Positions 13,809 to 25,793 of a DNA stretch of 64,000 nt are shown one piece after another (position 1 is the stretch's first letter; each line of letters starts with the position of its first letter). The position numbers and the translations under genes are program-made. The notes below the pieces were generated by a model. The model was not told where the DNA came from. It did not search any database and was given only the letters and a program-made list of their open reading frames with translations. This DNA comes from Felis catus (lineage: Eukaryota). The DNA lies in contig NC_058368.1 in the NCBI RefSeq assembly GCF_018350175.1, positions 117,678,001 to 117,742,000 on the forward strand, written 5' to 3'.

Positions 13809-14299
13809 AGAACTAAAGTTAATTTCTTAAAGAATAAGTTGAAAATAATAATAAAAAAAAGAATAAGTTGAATATAATAAATGTAAATTAAAACGCTTAT
13901 ACAGCATATACCTCAGAAGAGTGGCTCTGTGATGGAATGGGAATTCATTTGAGATTTTTTCACTAGTAGCCACTCAGAAGTTCTTTAGTTCATGGACTAG
14001 TTGGTATTTGCTAGAGACTATTTTATTTTAGGGTTTTGCACATTATGTTGTTGATAAAGTGGAAGTAGGAAAGAAAGCTTTATAATGCACTCCTGTAAAA
14101 GAAATTGGAGGTTTCTCTTTACGATTTTAAAAAACACAGGTGGTTAGTCTTAGACTTGTTTGTTCATCTGAATGTTCCATCCTTTCTTCCTTAGGTACAA
14201 AATTTTCACCATCCAATTATAACAAAGACAATAGGGCTTATAAAGTCTTATTTTTGAAGCATGTGTTATGAGGTAATTTTAAGATGGTACAGTTCTCCT

Positions 14300-14779
14300 G
14301 GGGCGCCTGGGTAGCTCAGTCGGTTAAGGGACCGACTTGAGCTCAGGTCATGATCTCGTGGTTCACGAGTTCGAGCCCCGCATCAGGCTCTGTGCTGATG
14401 GCCCAGAGCCTGGAGCCTGCTTCAGATTCTGGGTCTCCCTCTCTCTCTACCCCTCCCCTGCTCACACTCTGTCTCCCTCTCAAAAATAAATAAAAACATT
14501 AAGGAAAATTAAAAAAAAAAAAAAAGATGGTACAGTTCTGGGTGGAGTACTTTTTAAATATACGTGCTGCCAAAGTGAGCACAATAGAGTACTTTTTAAA
14601 ATTTTATTTATTTGGAGAGGGAGAGTGCATGCGTGAGTGGGGGGAAGGGGTAGAGAAAGAGGGAGAATCCCAAGCAGGCTCCGTGCTGTCAGCGCAGAGT
14701 CTGATGCAGGGCTCGATCCCGTGACCTGAGCCAAAATCAAGAGTTGGACACTTAACCTACTGAGCCACCGCGGCGCCCC
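14300..14779. mobile_element. Tail-to-tail CanSINE pair: 14300-14523(+), ~14595-14779(-)
   Basis: The first has TSD AAGATGGTACAGTTCT (14281-14296 / 14524-14539). The second ends in GGCGCCCC at 14779. Confidence 0.88.
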
Positions 14780-15602
14780 TTGGGTAGAGTACTTTTGTCT
14801 CTGAGTAAAATGAAAGATTGGGGTAACCACGAATGCCCTGTGAAATACATGACTTTGTGGAAGGTTGGTATATCAAGAAACTATATGATAGAATAAGGAG
14901 TGTTGTACCTAGTTTAATTTCATGAAGGCCTTTTGTTACAAGTGGGCCGAGATTTGTCATAAATTGACATGAACCTCATGTATCCTTTTGGTGGGCACGA
15001 GAGAGCAAAGGGTCCCTGTACAGACTGCCAGGTCATCATGTTCAAAAGTGTAGTTTGAAGAGGTTGCATCTCTTGATTTAAATAAAAGGTTTGAGTCTAG
15101 AAACAGATAAATGAAAATAAGCTACAGAATAACTTGCAAAGTCAAAATACAAGTTTTGTGACTTTTTAAGGTTGTGATTGAACAGACTTAAGGGCCCACT
15201 TTGTCAATTGAATTGCATCTTGTCCCATTCTCTTTTGAAGTAAACATTTTTAGAAGTTTCAGATTTACAGAAAAATTGCAGAGATAGTGCAGAGTTCTGT
15301 TATATTCCACACAGGCTTCCCCCTATTACTAGCATCTTAACATTAGTATGATACAGTTGTCACAATAATGAACAAATATTGATTATTAGTAACAAGAGTC
15401 CATACTTGTTTCAGATTTCTTTAGTTTTTTTCCTAATGACCTTGAGCTGTTTGCAGATCCCATCTAGAATACCGCCTATTACATTTAGTCATCACACTTT
15501 CTTAGGCTCCTCTTGGCTGGCACAGTCAAGATCCCATCCATTTTTTTTGTTAATACTAAACAGCCATTAGATCTTGATGTACCTGGGTTGGTCACGAGCT
15601 GA

Positions 15603-15626
15603 AACCTTTTCTTTTTTCTTTTTTTC

Positions 15627-15662
<36 letters not shown>

Positions 15663-16448
15663 TTTTTTTTGCATGTACACATGAGCAGAGGATGGGGGGC
15701 AGAGGGAGGGGAAGAGAGAATCCTAAGCAGGCTCCGTGCCCAGCAAGGAGCCCAGCGCGGGGCTTGATCCCACAACTGTGAGATCATGACATGAGCCTAA
15801 GTCAAGAGTTGGACACTCAACTGACTGAGCCACCCTGGTACTCCTGAAAACCTTTTCTTGAAGACTGATGACCTAATCCTAGCAGGCTCAGCAAATCATT
15901 GAACATTTTGTTTGAGGTCTTTTTGTAGCTTTAAATCCATTATTTCTCAGGACATTTCACTGGCTTTGTATGGAATTTTAGGCAATGTACCTGTTATGGT
16001 CATTTTCCAAATCAGCTTATTGAGGAAATCATGAAACTGGGTAAGTGTTTTGTTTTTTGGGTTTTTTTTAAGATTTTATTTTTAAGTAATTTCTATACCT
16101 GACGTGGGGCTCAGACTCAAACTCCTAAGATTGAGTCGCATGCTCTACTGACTGAGCCAGCCAGGTACCCCTAAACTGGGTAAGGTGATGAGACTTGTGG
16201 GTCATCCGGACCCACAGGCCTGAGAGGGCAAGCTTGCAGTCTCAGCTAAATACCGCAGCCAGCAAGTAAGGAGATGGATAACGGAGAAGAAACTTGGCAG
16301 CCACTCTCCCAGTCCTCTGGTATTGTCAGCAAGGTCATTTTGTTTCTTAAATTTATTGAAGTAATCTCTACACTCAATGTGGGGCTCGAAATCACAACCC
16401 CGAGATCAAGAGCCGCATACTCTTCTGACTGAGCCCGCCACGTGCCCC
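15603..16448 (-). mobile_element. Three CanSINEs (~15603-15845, ~16050-16171, ~16348-16448)
   Basis: Minus-strand CanSINE heads with T tracts. The last two are the short, older type. Confidence 0.75.
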
Positions 16449-16640
16449 AGCGGGGTTATATTTTTGGAGTAGATGGTTCTAATTTACTTTAGAAATCCCT
16501 TAATATACTTAAGATTCATTTTTTGTTGTTGTTAGGAGAAAAGTAGAGTTGATTAGATAGAATAATCATAAATCCATGTGGCTGCCTGCTTTGGAAAGAA
16601 ATTTTGGAGAGCCCACCAAGTATTACTTTGTCGTAAGCAT

Positions 16641-16658
16641 CGCCAGCAGGTGGCAGCA
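16641..16658 (+). promoter_or_regulatory. CTCF-like motif
   Basis: CGCCAGCAGGTGGCAGCA fits the core CCASYAGRKGGCRS fully. Lies in apparently non-repetitive intergenic DNA. Confidence 0.55.
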
Positions 16659-17439
16659 GTTTCCATGTTCTAAAAATGCAGTACATGATTAAGAGAGGAG
16701 CAGTATTTTATTTTGCTACAGAAACAGGCTTATTTCTGGGATTTTCATTTTCCTCATTGTGTTGGATTGTAGTCCGCTATCTACACAGGGAGGTAGAATG
16801 GCAACTTAACGACGTCAGCAAGGCAGGAGCAGCAGTATTATCCAAACTGTGAGGCCACTTAAAACTGTACTTGAACCATAGTTGGCATCCAGTTGTTACA
16901 TAGAAAGTGTCACTTGTGCATCCCTTGGTAAACAGACTGTTATATCTGAAGCTCCTAAGTGTGACGGATAAGTCATAACACCGGCACCATCTGATACTGG
17001 AAAGAAGAGCCAAATAGTCTGCTCCCTGAACTTTGGCTCAATGAAAAAATCAGCCAGCAAACCAGGCTGGGCCTTTGTGGTCAGAGAGCTGGCTTTGAGG
17101 ATGTTCTTAACGAAGGTTAATGCTAATTATCCACTTGCAGCATTCACAGTCCAGTCCTTGTGCAATGATTCAGGTCGCCTAAAGATTTGCCACTCCCAAG
17201 GATTCGCATACTTCTCTGAGCCACAGGACGCCTCGGAGAGGACTGTGCACGCTGAAAACAGTGAGATTCTGATCCCAAAGTTGTAAATACTAAGTCAACA
17301 TAGTTACTTTTTTCCCTTGCTTGGCTTTTTCCCCCCTTCACTGAACCAACAAACTAAACTAATATTAATGTCAGTGCATGGAAATTTAGATGATGATGCG
17401 TGTCTTATTCCCATTCCCACTCCATTTCTTGCAGCCTAC

Positions 17440-19080
17440 TATGTTCCTAGTATTCATTCACTTGCTTACCAAGTATTTAATGCACACCTTATGATGGGCC
17501 TTCCTGTTTTCCTAGGTGCTGAGAATGTAGCAGTGAATAAAACAGACCTAGATCTCTCCCCTTATGCAACTTTAAATTCTGGTAGAAGGAGACAGACACT
17601 AAGGAACTAATATGGTTGATCAGAAGTGAAGTTGGTTGAGGAAATAGGGAGATCGGGGAGGCAGAGTGATGTTGGAATTTTAAAAGAGTGGAGACGACTT
17701 ATCATCAAGATAGCCCTGGGACAAAGGCTTGGCAGTGTGGGAGTGTACCATGTGGGCACCTAAGAGAAGAGAGTCTGGATAGAGAGGGCAGCAGAGACAA
17801 GGGCTCTTGGAGTAAGAAGCATGTTGGAGTGCTCCAGGAACAGCATGGGAGCCAGTAGGAACCAAAGAGAGAGTAGGAAGAGTTAGGATAGCAGAGGCTG
17901 ACTGCTTGAACTTGGGCTTCTGCTCTGAGATGGGAGCCTTTGGAGGGCTTCGAGCAGAAGTGTGATAGGGTCTTAGGTTTTAGGAGAGTGTGTGAGCAAG
18001 GGTAGAAACAGACCAGTTAGGAGACTACTGCAGTAGGGTGCCTGGGTGGCTTAGTTGGTTAAGCGTCTGACTCTTGATTTAAACTCAGGTCATGATCTCA
18101 CGGTTTGTGGGTTCGAGCCCTGCATCAGGCTCTGCGCAGACAGTGTAGAGCCTGCTTGGGATTGATTCATTCATTCTCTCTCTCTCACTGTCTCTCTCTC
18201 TCTCTCTCTCTCTCTCCCTCTCTCTCCCCCTCTCTCTCCCACTCCACCCCTTCCCTGCCCCACGCCCCCCCCCAACTCCTACTCTGCTTGTTCTTTCTCA
18301 AATAAACTTAAAAAAAAGTACCAAGAAAATGTTTTAAAAAAAAGAAGGGAGACTATTGCAGCACTCAGGTGACAAGTGCAGGTGGCTTGGACCGGCATGT
18401 CTGCAGTTGGAATCTTCTTAAGTGGTCACATTGTGTACTTACCTTAAAGGTAAAACTTCAAGGATTCACCGATAGATTGGATATATAATATGAGAAAGTG
18501 AGGCGTCAGAATTGATTCCTAGCTCTTTTTGTCTCGGGTTGACAAGGGGAAAACTAGGTGGCAGAGATTTTCTGGTGAAGATCAGGAACTTAGTTTTGGA
18601 CAGATGAGTTTGAGACACCTGGCAGTTAATTCAATGGAGATGTTGGGTAGGCAGTTGGGTATTCTAGTTTGGAGTTCAAGGGAGAGTCTCTGGCTGAAGA
18701 TGGAAATACGGGAGTCTGTGTATAGATGGTATGTGAAGCCACGGGACTGGATGAAATTACCAAGAGAGTGAGTTACATGGGGAGAAGAAGTCCAAAGGCT
18801 AAGTCTTGGAGCACTCCAGATGCCAAGAGTTCAGGGCAATGTGGAGGACCCATCAGAGTAGACAGTGGCTACTCAGGGGAAATCAGCAGACTGTGATATC
18901 CTGGAAGCCATGTGAAGTTTGAAGGAAGCAGTGGTCAGCTGTCACATACTGCAAATAGGTCAAGTAACAGGAGCTCTGAGCATTGAATTAGCGATCTACG
19001 TAGTCATTGGTGACTTTGACAAGTGGTGTTTCAATGGAAGGGAGGGGGAAATCTGGAGTGTGTTTGAGAAGAAATGGGGT
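17440..19080 (-). mobile_element. Degraded L2 LINE with a CanSINE inserted (~18036-18345, +)
   Basis: L2 3'-end type ATTCATTCA..CAAGTATTTAATG and a purine-rich L2-like body. The SINE is flanked by GAGACTAC/TTGCAG direct repeats. Confidence 0.6.
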
Positions 19081-19099
19081 AGCCTCACAACAAGAAAAA

Positions 19100-20390
19100 A
19101 TGCTGAGCACACTGAAAATCAGCTTCTCTTTGACCCATCAAAGAATAGAGGTCACAGAGCAAGCTACCACAAAAACTAGAGAAAAAATACGCAGAAAATA
19201 CAGATCACTTCACCTAAAGGAGAAGCTAGAGCCAGTAATCAGGATTGAAGTGAATTGCTGGGGGCTGAGTGTGGGCTAGCTTGAGAGTTTAAAACTCCTG
19301 GGAGTTACTCTAAGGGGTTGCCCACACTTTGGTGGGTTTTACCTCCAGGAGCTTCCCCAGGTTCTCATTGTGAAGATGGCAGAAAATTCTCCTCTTGTAA
19401 GGGGGCTGGGGGGTAGTAGCCATTTCAAAATACACCCAGAGCTTTTTGTTAACTTGGCAGAAGACTGCCCTCAGGGAAAACTACTTGTCTTCTCTGACCT
19501 TGGGGAAGGGCTGTTGGATAGCGTAAGCCCCTTCCTTCCTTTGTCACATACGAGAAAAAAAAAAAAAGGCTAAGAAACTTCTAAAGTTCTCAGCCCAGGA
19601 CTCTGGCTCATAAAAAAGACAAAATAGATTTACTCATAAGATACAGAAGAATTCTCCCAAGTCCCATACCATCAGTAGGACTCCAGTATTACAATAGTGG
19701 ATTACAGCTTTTGAAGAAGCTGCAACACACCGACTCTATTTCAAGAAGGAATTTCTAGGGAAAACCAGAAAGCGAAGACTGAAAACATGGACACTGAAGG
19801 AAATCAAAACCTCTGACACCTGCAGCAGGCATCGAACACAGCCTAGCTCTGAGCCAGATAAACATAACACCTCACACTAAAGGCCTATTCACCTCAGTTC
19901 CTATTACCCAATATATATCATGTCAAACTTCCAATAAAAAATATACAAGGATGCTCAGAAGCAGGAAAAAAAATCTGATGAGACCAAACAGACACCAGAA
20001 CCAGACTGATATGGCAGAGATTCTAGAGTTATCAGACTGGGAATTTAAAGTAACTATGGTTAATATACTGAGGTCTCTGATGGAAAAAGTGGACAACATA
20101 CAAGAACAGGTGAGTCATGTATGCAAAATATGGAAACTAAGAATCAAAAAGAAATACTATGAACAAAAACAACGGAAATTAATGCCTTTGAGGGGTCCAT
20201 CCGTAGACTTAAAACAGCTAAGGAAAGAATCCGTGAACTTGCAAGTATGTCACGAGAAATGCTCCAAGCGGAAATTTGAAGAAAAAGAATAATTTTTTAA
20301 AGGGACGGAATATCCCAGAACTGTGAGACAGTTACAGAGGTATAAGGTATACATGGTGGTAATGCTGGAAGAGAGGGAGGGAGGAGAGAG
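19100..20390 (+). mobile_element. Old L1M 5' region / ORF1 remnant
   Basis: ORF 19951-20292 contains MAEILELSDWEFKVTMVNILRSLMEKVDNIQEQV, typical of the ancient L1 ORF1p N-terminal coiled coil. Frameshifted. Confidence 0.7.
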
Positions 20391-22798
20391 CTAGAGTACA
20401 GGTGACTCCAGGATGGGGCAAACCTGGTGAAGAGTTTTGTTTTTAAAGCTTGTTTTGTATGCTGATAGGAGTGACCCAGGAAAGCAGGACAGTTTGATGC
20501 TGCAGGTGAGCGAGAATCTTGCTGGAACGATGCCCTCAAGGAGGCAAGAGAAGGATCTAGTGCACAAGTGGAGGGACTGGACAAGCAGCGAATAACAGGA
20601 AGAAGGGAAACCATGAGAGCAGGGCTGGCAGGTGGGTGCGCGTGATGGTGGAGCTTATGGACGTTGTCTTGATTACTTTGATTTTCAAGGTCACAGCTGA
20701 GAGAAAGGCTAGAGGAAGAGTGGTTGGAGGCTTGAGGCCTTATAAATTAGAGGAGACCGAACAGACTAGGGGAATATCGTGTGGTTGCCAGCCGGTGTTA
20801 AGGCTCCCTTGAAGCCTGAATTATTATGTTCTGTTTTATTTATCATTCTTGAATAACTCTGTATTTTGTTAAAATATATTTTATTGGAAACGTATGCATG
20901 TTTCACTTGCATCTCCTCACAGTAAGGATTTGGGTTCTCGTGAATGAGGAATCAAGTTTACAAAGTTAGATCTCCTTAGTAGGCCAATTGGCTAATCTAT
21001 TATCATATAATATGCTCTTACTTCCCCCGGGTTGTTGTTACGGTCCTTATTCTTGGGAGGTACTATCAGGCTTATAGTTCAACCGAAAACAGACACCTTC
21101 TAGATATCAAAGCACTGATAGAGATGGGTTAGAACAGTATTTGGCCTGCCTTCAGGAAGCTTACATATTAGTGGGAAACAAAATACACATCAGGCACTAA
21201 AAGAGCAGGAAAAGGGGGAATAGGGAATGTGGATTGCTATTTTATATTGGAGGGTAAGGGATGATCTCCGATAAATGACATTTGAGCAGAGACCTGAAGG
21301 AAGTAAGGAAGTAAGCCATAGATGTATCAGGGAAATAGTGGGCCTGGCTTTTGTATCCATCTCTACTTTATAAACAAATTTAATAGAAGACGTGATACCC
21401 ATTTATGCCAACAGGCTGCCACTTTTTACTAAATGCAATAAAACCTTGAACGCATTCAATCCTTTCTTCCTGAAATGCAATACCATTTATACTTAATACT
21501 ACCTTTTTTCTCTTTGAGTATCAGACTTAGGGTTTTACAGATTGAACTTGTTTTACCTAGCTGTATTTAATACTTACTGATTAGATTGTCACAACCTGGC
21601 CATTCAGAGCTCCATGAAACTGGCTGCCTCGTCCTTTCATTACTGCCTCAAACCTTTTTAAAAGCACCCTTACTTTTGGCAACAAGATATTCCAGGCCTG
21701 CTGTGATCCCCGCCCCCAAACGTAATTAGCTCTTTTCCAAGGAGGTCTGAGTAGTGTCAGAGGCCCAATCTGGCCCAAGAGCATACATCCCACTTGACCT
21801 GCAGAAGAACTGGTTGTAGCAGGATGACACTGCTGTTGGGCCACCAGGGAAACATGGGCCTCGGAAAGGGATCTTTTTAAGGTCCCGAGTTCATTCAGGC
21901 ATCTCCAGTTTAGTTGTCGTGACTAAATTCTTTTTCGTTTCACTCTAATAGAATTTTTTCTTAACATGCCCACTTAAAATGTAATCCCTTCTTTACCAGA
22001 TCAACAAAATGTGGTATATCCATACGGTGGAATACTGTTTTGCAATAAAAAGGGAATACTGATACATGTTGAATGGATTAACCTCAAAAACATTATGCTT
22101 TGCAAAAGAAACCAGACCCACAAGATGCCATGCTGTAGGATTCCACTGTTAGGAAATATCTAGAAAAGGTAGATTGTGGAGATGAAGCAGATCAGTGGTC
22201 ACATGGGCTGGGGTAAGAACAGGGAGCTTTCGGGGATGACAGAAATGGATGTGGCAGGGAACTGCACAACTTGGTAGACTTAATAAAAATCATTGAATTT
22301 AAAATAGATGACTTTTACAGGCACGTAAATTATATCAATACAAGTGATAAAAATTTAAACCCTTCTGCCAACTTCCACTTGTACCTCAACTGGATATATT
22401 GACCCAAGATGTTCCATTATGTTTACTTTTCTAACTAAAAAAACCCACCCAAACCTATTTTTTCATACCTTGCAATGTTTATATCCCCCTTGGTCACAAA
22501 TCTCCTTATTCTCTTTAGAAGCCGTATCCTTGTTTGGATCCCACGTATAGCCAGAACATGACAATTCATTGCTCATCTGTTCCTACCTGCCATTTTACAC
22601 AGGTGCTTCATGTCTATGAATGACTTTATTTTCCCTCTGGTGACGGAATAGGGTGAGCAGTTGCTGTGACTGCACCTTCCTACGGAACTGCTGTGAGGAG
22701 TGAATGTGAAGCCTTGCTCACCAGCCATTGCCAAAATACATAAGTATCAACGCAGACCACCCTCTGACCCCTGGGGGCGCAAACCCATAAAGACACGT

Positions 22799-22804
22799 TT
22801 TATT
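22799..22804 (-). terminator. Probable GNPDA1 polyadenylation signal
   Basis: Minus-strand AATAAA about 1.3 kb after the stop, closing a SINE-free stretch consistent with a 3' UTR. Confidence 0.6.
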
Positions 22805-24135
22805 TGAAAATATCAGATTTAATAGAAAATATCACATTGTAAATAAGCCCATCGATCCACTAGCCTAAGACAGAATGACAGCACGATCACGTATAAAAGC
22901 TAAAGACAGAACACCAGGTACCAAACACAGCACTCAAGGAGAGGCCTGAGCCGGTCTCTGAAAGATCTTTCCCAGAAATAGAGGAAGCAGCAGCTTCAAA
23001 CAGGCACAGAGATAGGGAGGGGAAGGCAGCATCCACTCCACGAAGGCTTAAGAGAGTCGAAAGGCAGAGCAATGAACTCATTTTGTGAACACTGGGTGAA
23101 GGATAAAGGGGCAAAACTGTTGTGCTTCCTGGTGTTCTGGGAACACGAGAACACGCCACAGGAACCTGAGAGGGCTGAAAGGGCAAGGTATTTTAAGTGA
23201 GGAAAGGCTATTATTAGGCGCCTTTAGAAGCATTTGGTATGTTGTCTTGGCACTCAGCTCTCAGGGAAGCAGGAGAACATGTCACTTGTGTTGTGACTAA
23301 ACTTAGGCCGAAGCGAGCTGCTTGCCCTGGCCCCCATCTCCTTAGCTGGGCACACTGACATGGTGCCCAGGGAGACCTTGGAACAGAAACATGGGCTCTG
23401 CTGGGAAGAGGGTTTCCGCCTTCCTTCCATGCTGGAGGGTCCCCGAGGGAAGGAAGTGTGACGTGGCCATGCCCCTTGAGGCTCTGAGTTTATCAGCAAA
23501 AGCCTTCTCTTTAGCCCGGGCCACCCAGATTCTCCCCCAAGGAATCCTCCGAGTTCACGGAAAGGCCAACTGTGAGAGCAGAGAAAAACAAGAAGGGAAA
23601 GAAAGAAATCCTTTTCTTTCTTGCCACGGCACTTGGAACTGAACATAAGGTTGAGAATTTGTTCCTTCATCTGGAGTAGTGATCCTCAAATAGCAGACCT
23701 GCTCAAGAGGGGCTTTCAGAGCCTCTCCAGAGAGGTCTGGCCCGTATACACAGGTCCCTTTCCCACCACCCCCCCAAATTGAGAATCAGTATACAAATGA
23801 TAGAAATTCCTGTTGGGAGTGTGCTGTATGTGAGAACAGTGCCAGAGGGAGAACCAAAGCTAAAAACCCTAATTTCTGTAGGGCAGACATCAAAAATTAT
23901 GGAGTACATTTTTCAGAGACTTTTTTTTCTGATTAAGTTAGAAAACAAGTCATTCTCCCTGTCCCTAAACTCTGACGACTAGGCTCCATGCTGCAGGGCC
24001 AAGAACAATTTGTATGCCCGTTCGTCTGGAGTAACCATACTGCGTGAGAGAAATACAACTGTGTCCTCCTAAAGGCAATCACCAGAAATGCCTTGCCTGT
24101 CCTGAGGACATCCTTGATGCTAGGGTGAGCACAGG

Positions 24136-24236
24136 CTAATCACCATACGGTTTCTCAGGAGACTGGTTGTTCTCTGTTTCTTTCTCTTTGATGCTGTACA
24201 AGGGGTCCACCAACTTGTTATGAACAAGCATTAAGC
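24136..24236 (-). CDS. GNPDA1: GNPDA1 last coding exon
   Basis: Acceptor TTCACAG|GC. Reads GLMLVHNKLVDPLYSIKEKETENNQSPEKPYGD then TAG. Exon sum is 870 nt, i.e. 289 aa plus stop. Confidence 0.96.
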
Positions 24237-24479
24237 CTGTGAAAAGTTAAAAATGAAAAGCAGTTAAGGCAGGTAGAAGCCAAGTTCCACCATTATGAAC
24301 AGTCATATCCAAGAGCTCTCAAATTTTTCCTCTTCCTGAAAATTACCTTTTTTCTATGGCTCCAAATGACAAAAACCCTAGAGTGGGAAAAGAACTTGTT
24401 ATTTCCAAAGAATGCTAGAATCCACAGGACTTTTAAATCCAGTCTCTGGGGGTGTTGGCCATTCAAAGGTTAATCTTTT

Positions 24480-25147
24480 TTTTTTTTTTTTTTTTTCAGT
24501 TCAAACTCATTTCCCTTTTATTAAAGTCCAAGTTACCATTACATGGTTTGGTACTCAATAAAGGAAAACTTGTTCAAATAAGGTAATACGTTATCAGTAA
24601 TTCCAGGTGACTGTCTATAATCAAGTAGCATTATGAATAAATCCTTGAGAAGCCATCCATGGGGTTTACACTTTGTCAAGGCCCAATTCCCCTGGAGTGG
24701 AGACTCCCAGTTCATTTAAAGTTGGCCTAAGTTCCTGGATGACATAGGGGTAGATTTCCTTATGAGGTCCTGCTTTGTCCTTAACAACCTCTAGGATGCG
24801 AACTGCACTAGCAAAATCATTTAACCATCTGTATGCCTGCAAAGCAGCATCAATGATTTTAGGTTCTGGAGTATAGCCAACAAGCGTGTTCATCCCTTTA
24901 CACAATTCCCAGGCGTCAATACCTGGCTTGTTGAAGTATGTCACCCGGTGAGCATCAAACTCCCCATCTGTTTCATGCGACCCCCTGGGAGTAGCAGCGA
25001 ACTGACTGGACAGCGGCAGTGGAGCCGGGACCTGGACCTGGGTATGGGAGGCCTCTGGGGCTGGCATCGGGGGCTGGGGCTGCTGCTACAGGGCAACGGT
25101 GGGGAGCGGTACAGAGAGTGACGTGACCGCTGTGATGGCACGCAGTC
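24480..25147 (-). pseudogene. COX5A: Processed COX5A pseudogene in the last GNPDA1 intron (sense to host)
   Basis: Intronless COX5A homology (...[39 protein letters not shown]...[49 protein letters not shown], stop at 24666). AATAAA at 24517-24522, 21-nt A run at 24476-24496, TSD AAAAGATTAACCTTTGA (24463-24479 / 25148-25164) at a TT/AAAA site. Start codon degraded to ACT (25119), +1 frameshift at 24981-24985, apparent 2-codon deletion at GY-T-PEPK. Confidence 0.95.
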
Positions 25148-25618
25148 TCAAAGGTTAATCTTTTAACCAAAGAATAAATTCCCAATATGCCTGCTTAGTA
25201 GATGAGGGTTTTCACATAAGTTTGTTTAAAGCAGTGTGTCCTTTTTAAAGTGGAAGAGAAAAAGATCCTCCTAAGAATTCAGTGGACTACCTAGAAGGAA
25301 AGGCCTGCAGAAGACCTTGAAAGATTAAAACACCCTGAGGCTCAATATCATTGCCAAGAGATCACCACATTGCCCTTGGACGACAACTTTTCATTTCACT
25401 GGGTTTTTTGCCTCCTCAGAACAAAGAGGCTTCCAGAAACAGACCCTTGCAGTCATGGATGGAAGAGCATTGACTGTATTCTGAGATCCTAAGGTTTCAT
25501 TTTTGTTAAAATCAGAGTTGTCTATGAAAGTGGACAGAGCAAGAAAACTAGATCCACTCCTCACACCTGGCACACCCTAAACTTGGCCACCAACTCCCAG
25601 CCCCAGCCCTCCCCTCAC

Positions 25619-25793
25619 CTTTGAAATACTTGACAGTTTTCACTTTCAGCTCTAGGGTGGCATCCTCATCACACACAAACACCGTGCGGGGATGCTGCTG
25701 GAAGGCAGATACGGTCCACATGTGGCTCACGCCCTCCTCGATGGCCTTGTACAGAGCAAATGCCTTGTGAGCACCTGTGATGAGGATCATCAC
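25619..25793 (-). CDS. GNPDA1: GNPDA1 coding exon 5
   Basis: Acceptor CCCCAG|GTG. Reads [58 protein letters not shown]. Donor G|GTGAGG, phase 1. Confidence 0.97.

Noticed and set aside
22766..22781. GACCCCTGGGGGCGCA, a second CTCF-like motif at the GNPDA1 3' end
   Set aside because: Three mismatches in the 5' half of the core; too weak to call without data.
22887..23670. 99- and 138-aa minus-strand ORFs downstream of the GNPDA1 stop
   Set aside because: They lie in the probable 3' UTR, with no recognisable homology or splice structure.
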